Source of the DNA: Spongospora subterranea f. sp. subterranea
Taxonomy: Eukaryota
Length of the DNA: 43,598 nucleotides
Direction of reading: 5' to 3'
Assembly: GCA_049724395.1 (NCBI GenBank)
Contig: JAUGWO010000128.1
Location: 372,001 to 415,598, forward strand
Part shown: positions 37,048 to 43,598 of the stretch, piece after piece
Position numbering within the stretch: the stretch's first letter is position 1
Layout of the letters: the number at the start of each line of letters is the position of its first letter
The notes under the pieces: model-generated
Seen by the model: only the letters and a program-made list of their open reading frames with translations
Database searches by the model: none
Told to the model about the DNA's origin: nothing
Translations under genes and position numbers: made by a program

Positions 37048-38996
37048 ATCGCCATTCTATATCTAATAGCTGGGGTTTTAATAGGAAAAATATTGAATTG
37101 GATAAAGATATAGCAACGCCCTAGACGACAATCTCATTTATATGAGCGCAATGCTTTCGAATGTTGTGTTCTCAAGTTTCCCAATTTCAGCTAGAGCGAA
37201 ATCAGATAGGGTTAGCGGTTGGGTCTAGTGAGGAGCTGACCTTCGATTGCATCCACATCGTGGAATGACTCGCTGACGACGATGAAATACACGCGATTTG
37301 TTCGAGGGAACCTTTTCCCAACGATCCATCGTGAACAAGCGCTTTGCAACACGATTTCTATCGATGTTTGATCCGAACTATGCTGCCAGAATTAAGCCTA
37401 TTCCATGACATTCGAACATTCTTAAAGCTACTTACAGGAAGCATTCCTGAATAATGGATATTGTCTCAAAACAGTCTTTCGACCAGTTATTATCGTCGCT
37501 CTTGCTCGTGTTCAGATGGTTCTTCATCGCTAAATTCATTCCATTAAAGTACAAAAATCGGGCCGGCTCCATCACCGATCTGTAATTAATCATCAGAGGT
37601 AGTGCAAAATCTGTTCATACATGTATACCTCTTTCTTGAATAATTCCTTAATTGCGAATGCAGAGAAAAAAGTTGTAAAGACAGTAACAATCGGGATCCG
37701 TCCTTACAGCACTCTACACTTGACCGAAAATGTATGGACAGCAATCCAAACTGTTGTCTTCGTCAACATAAAGAAAAAATTATACGAGCTGGAACAAACC
37801 ACGTACTCGAAGAACGAGAATGCTGTAAGGGCACGAGGGAGTTGCAGTTCTGTCCCATGTCACCATTGTGGATATTGTTCGGTTGTCAGACCTAAGTTGA
37901 CGACGTCAATAACCGATTCAGATAAGAACTTATGGAGGTGTCGGTACAATAAATCCTCAGGATCTTGACAAAAGTCTTTTCTGAAACTCGCGAACACATC
38001 TTGTTCAAGCCAATAGAGTGAATCTGGACATTTATCGCAGCTCCAAAGCAGCTTCTTATCATATAGAACGCACAAAAATCTTCCTGTCAACAGCACAAAT
38101 CAGGACGGTATTAACAACCAGAGAACGCCATCCACAACACCTTTCTCAGGGCAAAGTTCGAGCTCAGCGGCGTTGATCATATTTTGTAAAGAGCAGTATA
38201 TAAACCTGTCAACAGAAAAGAAAGATATTCCTGTGGAAAGAAAAAATTGAGACAGAAGATCGCCCAAACTGTTGGTGATCAATACCATTATATGACATAT
38301 CGAGAGAGGGAGAGGATAATTGAATACTTGGACCGTACAGGTCCAGGAATCGTTGCGACGTCTGGCGAAGGGCTTTCAGATCCTCCTCAGATGCCTCGGG
38401 ATTGATTGCCGGATGAAACAGCTACGAGGGAATGAACTTAGCGCAATTTGGCACCCGATACAATATGAAATATTACAACACCTGGAACATTTTGAGGCAA
38501 TTCTGCAACATAGATCTGAGATTTAGGGTATTGGCCATGTCTCTGACGGCAATAACCAGGTACGAATCGGTTTCACAGCGGGTCATTGAGAATGTCAAGT
38601 GGCGACAGCGAATGACTTCACACTCGCTACATCGTGCAAACTCACTAAGCAGGTCAGGGATTAAGGTCGCGGAATATGATTTATCAGTAATACAGTCGTT
38701 CAATACTTGAAAAAAGACGAAATCGCCTCGACGATTCCCTGAAACTGCGATTGCCGTTCTTGTTCCAATCCCGAAGGGTAGAACGCAATAATTTTGTTGT
38801 ACTCGTCAACTTCGGAACGGCTCAGGCGAGGGCAATACAGGAACAAGCCGGCAATAGACATCAACAAAGTGTTGATTAGCGAACTGGATTTGACATGGAA
38901 TAATGAAAGAGAGAACTTCTAAATGACATGTTTGGTTGGGCCCGTCATGGTGTACTTGACCACACTCTACAGCGCCCACAGCCCTATCAGGTACAC

Positions 38997-39510
38997 AGTG
39001 AAACCTCCATATAAGGTACAGTACACCCAATTTGCTCCAAAATCGATTTATTTTGTACCTTATGGAGTGGTGTGTACCTAATGCGGAATGTGCGGTCGCG
39101 CAAGGGGCTGCGCATGCAGGGCCGCGCCCACGTGCCGTGACTGGTCGCTTTTTTCCACCCAATGTCACCTCCATTCTACAGCCGCTTGATGCTGGCATTA
39201 TCCGAAGCTTGAAAGCTTTTGTCGCGAAAGTTCTAAGTGCTTACCCTGCTCGACTTAATGCAGGACACGTCGGTTCATCGATATTCACCGCGTTCGACAT
39301 TTTGAAAGATCCAAATGGACCATATATAGAGCAGCGTAGGTAACTCTGTGGCCAACCAAGGGTGTATACTGTGCGTACTTAACAGAGTTTGTACTTTTTA
39401 TAGAGAGGTTTTATTATGGAAAATCCGGGGGTCTGCTATTTTGAAAAAAAAAACGTACCATATATGGAACTGTCCCTTTTATGGGCTGTACCTTATATGG
39501 AGGTTTCACT
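38997..39510 (+). mobile_element. Internally deleted pogo/Tigger-like (Tc1-mariner superfamily) DNA transposon
   Basis: Perfect 25-bp TIRs AGTGAAACCTCCATATAAGGTACAG at 38997-39021 and its reverse complement at 39486-39510. Internal DDE_1 motif FFPPNVTSILQPLDAGIIRSLKA. Confidence 0.9.
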
Positions 39511-39514
39511 ACTG

Positions 39515-39756
39515 TCGCCAACTGGCACTTCGGTGTACATGATCACACTCTACAGCACCCACAGACCCAGAATGTGATAGATACACTATGTGAACATATA
39601 CAATCGCCAACTGGCACGTCGGTGTACATGATCACACACTACGGCACCCACAGACCCAGAATGTGATAGATACAGTAAGTGAACATATACAGTCGCAAAA
39701 TGGCACGTCGGTGTACATGATCACACATTACGTCACCCACAGACCGAGAATGTGAT
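39515..39756. repeat. 89-bp tandem repeat, ~2.7 copies, with a further partial copy at ~38949-38985
   Basis: Units start TCGC(C/A)A at 39515, 39604 and 39693 and share the core GGTGTACATGATCACA..CACCCACAGACC. Confidence 0.92.
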
Positions 39757-39969
39757 GTGAGCAGCTCCATTTAGTGTATGTTAGCTTATACTCTGCATTA
39801 ATGTACCGGTAATTTCCCATGACGCAGGCTTCAAGTGAGATACTAGAACAAACTTTTCGGAGTACAGTAGAAGAAATGCAGTAGAATCGACACCCATTGC
39901 TTTGTCCTCCTGTTTGTTTCGTTGTTTTTGGCACTTCTTCCAGCGTCGCGACACCGTTCGTTTCGTCCA

Positions 39970-40630
39970 TTAAATGACTTAATGTGACATGTTGCGGTAC
40001 AGGCAACATTACCGCATCATTTTGCCCAGCGATTTCGTCAGAATTCAAAAGAATAATGCCAAGATGTGGAGGAAGTGGCGGGGGATCTTTCGCATAATTG
40101 TCATGACACGGCTCTACTTGACCGTATGTTCCACATCCGTCAGCATCATCATTCTCGAAATTGTTTTCCTGTTCTGGAGCTTTGATCTCAATCTGGTTGT
40201 TGATGACACCTTGTGCGTCTACAACGGTGGGTTGATCTGGGGGCAAATCTCCTTTAGACAAGAAGTATTAAACGAAAGCTGGTAAAATTAATATATAAAC
40301 TTCCGGATGTCCAACGAATCAAACCACAAATCAAAATTGAATCAGATTTGCACCATTGATCATCGACAATGAACTTATACTGAATGACGCCTGGAGGAAG
40401 CTCTAATATCACTGCAAATCCTTATTGGATCGATACATTGGGATTTTCCCCGACCATTGGTTGAAGGATCCAGTTATAAAAACATTCTCCCCCATACGGC
40501 CATGTGAAAACGGCAGGTACAGATTCTGGATCCTATGAACCTAAAATAACACAATCTTAGGGACAAAACGCATAGCGATCAGCCAAAATGAAGCACAAAT
40601 TATACCTTGGCTCCATCTGGGGGATCGATA
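39970..40630 (-). pseudogene. AMPK/SNF1 beta-subunit pseudogene or truncated copy
   Basis: CBM48 VPAVFTWPYG(G)ENVFITGSFNQW..FAVILELPPGVIQYKFIVDDQW with two frameshifts (~40490, ~40418). ASC domain DPPPLPPHLGIILLN..LPVPQHVTLSHL, after which homology breaks off. Confidence 0.85.
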
Positions 40631-40679
40631 ATATGTTGACTACGACATGCGCTGTTACTTTTCACCAGCGAAAGAAACT

Positions 40680-41030
40680 GGCGACAGCGCGAGATACTAC
40701 CAGCACAAGAAGAAAATACTCATATCGGACGAACATCGTGAGGTTCGGAGACAAACTCGGCAGAAGCAGTCAACATCACCTGCTGTTGATGTCAATGACT
40801 GGCGGACGGGATGCAACAATGAAAACATGGTTTTAAAACATGATGAACTTGTTGATTGGGAACAAGCCAATGTTGTTTATCATTCATTCGGTGTCGAAAC
40901 TCAAATACCTGCATCGGAGTGGCCAAAGGACATCGGAAAAATGCATTCAATTTCTTGAAAAATTTCTCAAGCGTCATCCAGATCATACGATTGCATCAAT
41001 GCATTGTGAGCGACTGAAAAATGCCCACCC
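40680..41030 (+). mobile_element. Possible degenerate CENP-B/Tc5-type transposase HTH fragment
   Basis: FLEKFLKRHPD resembles the W..FLKRH end of pogo HTH domains; frames are broken. Confidence 0.35.
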
Positions 41031-41093
41031 ATGTGAAGGCAAGCGACGATAGAGCAGAAATTGACCTCAAAAAAGCCTGGCCAGATAATCGTA

Positions 41094-41173
41094 CTCCCTC
41101 CGTTTTTTTTAAGTGTCCACTTTGGGTACAGTCCACCCCCTATGAAGTGGACACCTAAAAAAAACGGAGGGAG
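41094..41173. mobile_element. 80-bp Stowaway-type MITE
   Basis: TA|CTCCCTCCGT...ACGGAGGGAG|TA. 29-bp TIRs (41094-41122 and 41145-41173) with one mismatch, and a TA target-site duplication. Confidence 0.93.
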
Positions 41174-41362
41174 TAATATATTACGAATAGCCTATTTCCG
41201 TGAATTTCCCCTATAAAACCAAAACTCCGTTTATCCAACTATGTAATGCAATTCTTTCAAAATTTTGGGACCATGACCATTTCTCACAAATCCTAAAACC
41301 ACTACTGAAATGCAGTAGATTTAGACTATGTAACTCAAAGAGATAATCGTAATATATTGCCA

Positions 41363-42106
41363 TTAACTCCATGGTCTAGGGATATAATGGGAGGCCAGGA
41401 AGCACACAGGCGCTGTTATGAACACCAAGCTACGATTCCTGAATTTTGAAGCAATGAGCTTCGCAGTTAGCTGCTCAGTCTTCGAGAGTTTTCCAAAAGC
41501 CATGGCGTGTAGGCGAGCTTCATCGGTAGTGGCAGCCGCGTAATTCTGCAAATAAACGGACTTGCGTCACGTTCTGATACCGTATGCGATTGAGACTGCA
41601 GACGCAATGACGCATGAAGCTTGTTTACTCGGGGTGGAAATATAGAATGGCCACTGAGCCATACGCCTAGAATAATACCACACGTGCGAAAAATCCTCAA
41701 CTGTGTGTCAAAATAATCAGTATAAACACTACGAATCATATCAAATCAGAACCAAAATTATCAATATGAACAAGTTGGCAAAAATTTCAAAACAAACACA
41801 AAGTATGAAAAATGATGGATGATTTTTACCAGGTCGTCGCAGGAGAGCCAAAAGCTGTGAGTGTGTGTTCTCGAGGGACGCGACCAAGGATCCCCACTTG
41901 AGTATCAGTTTTTCGTCGTTGGCATCTTCGGCAGCTTTAAGATACGCCTCCGCTTTAGCCAGCTTCGCCTCGAGCTGCGAGAGCTTCTCCTCAACAGGCG
42001 ACATAACGACAATACTAATGAGGACATTCCGTACTGTACTTGCGACTGTAGGTAAGGCTGTGTCTGGATGACGCATAATATCATGATAAAACTCCGTGTC
42101 ACCCAT
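41363..42106 (-). CDS. Hypothetical coiled-coil protein or relic
   Basis: Heptad segment VEEKLSQLEAKLAKAEAYLKAAEDAND followed by a CCTG|GTAAAA donor and an AT-rich intron-like block. Downstream frames are unclear. Confidence 0.35.
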
Positions 42107-42358
42107 GATTTATCCGAAACCCATGAGTTTGCCAAGATAGGGGTGTCTGGATGTCAAATATCAAGGACTTAAACCCACGGAATTATCATGGGTTAAATAT
42201 TGAGGTAGCCAAATTACCGACCGACAAGCGAGTTAGATTACTGGAAAATAGACGAGTACCGCCACAACGCTTCATGGACGAGCAGGTCATGATCGCAACG
42301 ACAAGCGTAAATATTGAGGTCCGCACCCATGATATTATTCTAGACTCCGTGGTTCATC

Positions 42359-42540
42359 ATGGGCGCTGATCGTGTTCGAGCCAGGACAAACGACATGGAC
42401 GAATGTTGGATCTCAGAAATGATCCATCAAGCGAATGTTCTTGGCAAAAAGGCGCAATCTGGCTTCAAACGGGAGGCGTGGGATGCCGCCGTCAAAATTT
42501 TAAATAACAGGTTCCAAATCAAAAATCTGGTAGACAAGTG
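42359..42540 (+). mobile_element. Myb/SANT-like domain fragment (PIF/Harbinger ORF1-like)
   Basis: MDECWISEMIHQANVLGKKAQSGFKREAWDAAVKILNNRFQIKN matches the G.K...GFK..AW......LN..QxKN pattern, with an internal deletion. Confidence 0.7.
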
Positions 42541-42889
42541 TCACAAAATTTTGATGACCGGAGGTTTTACTCCAGATGAACATTACTCAGTTTCTTTAGA
42601 AGGTTTCGGAATTTATTCCAGGTAGAGGCATCATGTCTTAATTGCCAAGTGTTAATGATTTCAGTTCAGAAAACTAATTCATGAAATGCTTGATATGTAC
42701 TCATGGATGAAAACTGCTGCTCTGGCACGAAAATTCCAAGATTGGATCAAAGAGGCCACCTTCGTTGCGCCAGAACAGGACCAGTTCAATACAGTTTGTA
42801 TTGAAACGGCGACCAGTATCGTGCCAGAGGCTTTGATTAACTACCGCCTGGAGCATCAGTTCATGTCGGAGATTGATTCCAGGACGCTG

Positions 42890-43105
42890 ATGGAAATCTC
42901 GCCGGAACGACTTGCCTGACGAATGATATCATGAATGGCTGGCTACGGCTTCAACTTGCCATGCATTCCCATCAGTCAATTGCGTTGTTGGATTCAGTCC
43001 TACTGCAGGTATCTGGGACACGAATCATCAATCGCCATTGGCGAGAAGCTGCACACTTTAAACCTCAGCAAAAATTGTATTTGATCCCGCTAAATGTAAG
43101 ACGTC
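42890..43105 (+). pseudogene. Ulp1-like (C48) protease fragment, probably transposon-borne
   Basis: AGTTCLTNDIMNGWLRLQL..IALLDS..RHW..LYLIPLNV resembles WLxDxIINxY..S(F)..IPIN; it ends before the catalytic HW. Confidence 0.5.
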
Positions 43106-43598
43106 TCAGCATTAATATCCACACTTAAACATTGTATTATAGCTTGACAATTCACACTGGGTCGGGTGTGCGATTGTCGGCAGGCAAGTCCTCGTGTATG
43201 AGCCACTGGGTCTTGAGAAAAACTTGAGGCGGATCACTCCAGATCTTTTACAATAGGAATTTACGCCATTTTTTTTCCAATCTAAACAATGGAACGATTG
43301 AAGTTTTCTGTACGACGCAGAGAGATACTTCGAGTTGCGGCGCATACGCTTGATGTGGCTGCACAGCATTTGTATTTTCAGTGGTGGCACCATGGACTTT
43401 GTGATGCATATTCCCTTGCGGTTTATGGATGATCCAAGATATGTGCTGTTAAATAAATGTATAATTGACTGATGAGAATGTCTGGCAAGTTGAAGCCGTA
43501 GCCAGCCGTTGATGATTTTGAAAATCCGAACACTCTCAGCAAACTCGACAAGCACACCCGTCGTGGGAAAAATAGCCGAAAATGACGTCTTCGATTAA

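Noticed and set aside
37400..38300. Spliced gene on the minus strand
   Set aside because: Short open stretches are interrupted by stops and have no identifiable domain.

Overview
Eukaryotic nuclear DNA from a compact, intron-rich microbial eukaryote. Introns are about 45-75 nt, intergenic gaps are often only 50-300 bp, and GC is moderate. This is compatible with a protist such as a phytomyxid, but that is inference only. Bases 1-30.6 kb and 33.8-37.0 kb are gene-dense. They encode a soluble adenylyl cyclase (ADCY10-like) with an unusual ubiquitin-like insert and two PH domains, ALG14, NOL9/Grc3, a coiled-coil RCC1-repeat protein, a La-related protein, malic enzyme, COQ7, a twin-CX9C mS37-like protein, CNOT2, a DHYC-type palmitoyltransferase, a DH-like/PH/CRIB STE20 kinase, an ankyrin-LRR-multi-TM protein and NOL6/UTP22. 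A ~1.4 kb 22-bp two-variant minisatellite fills the spacer directly upstream of ALG14. Bases 30.6-33.7 kb and 37.1-43.6 kb are a transposon graveyard: Gypsy RT, a pogo derivative inside an 89-bp array, a Stowaway-type MITE, Harbinger Myb and Ulp1 fragments, and an AMPK-beta pseudogene. The most notable signals are the cyclase architecture, a probable GA-AG intron amid relaxed donor sites, five same-direction +1 frameshifts in conserved genes (most likely assembly errors), and a plant-type Stowaway MITE. All domain calls come from manual motif recognition; no searches were run.
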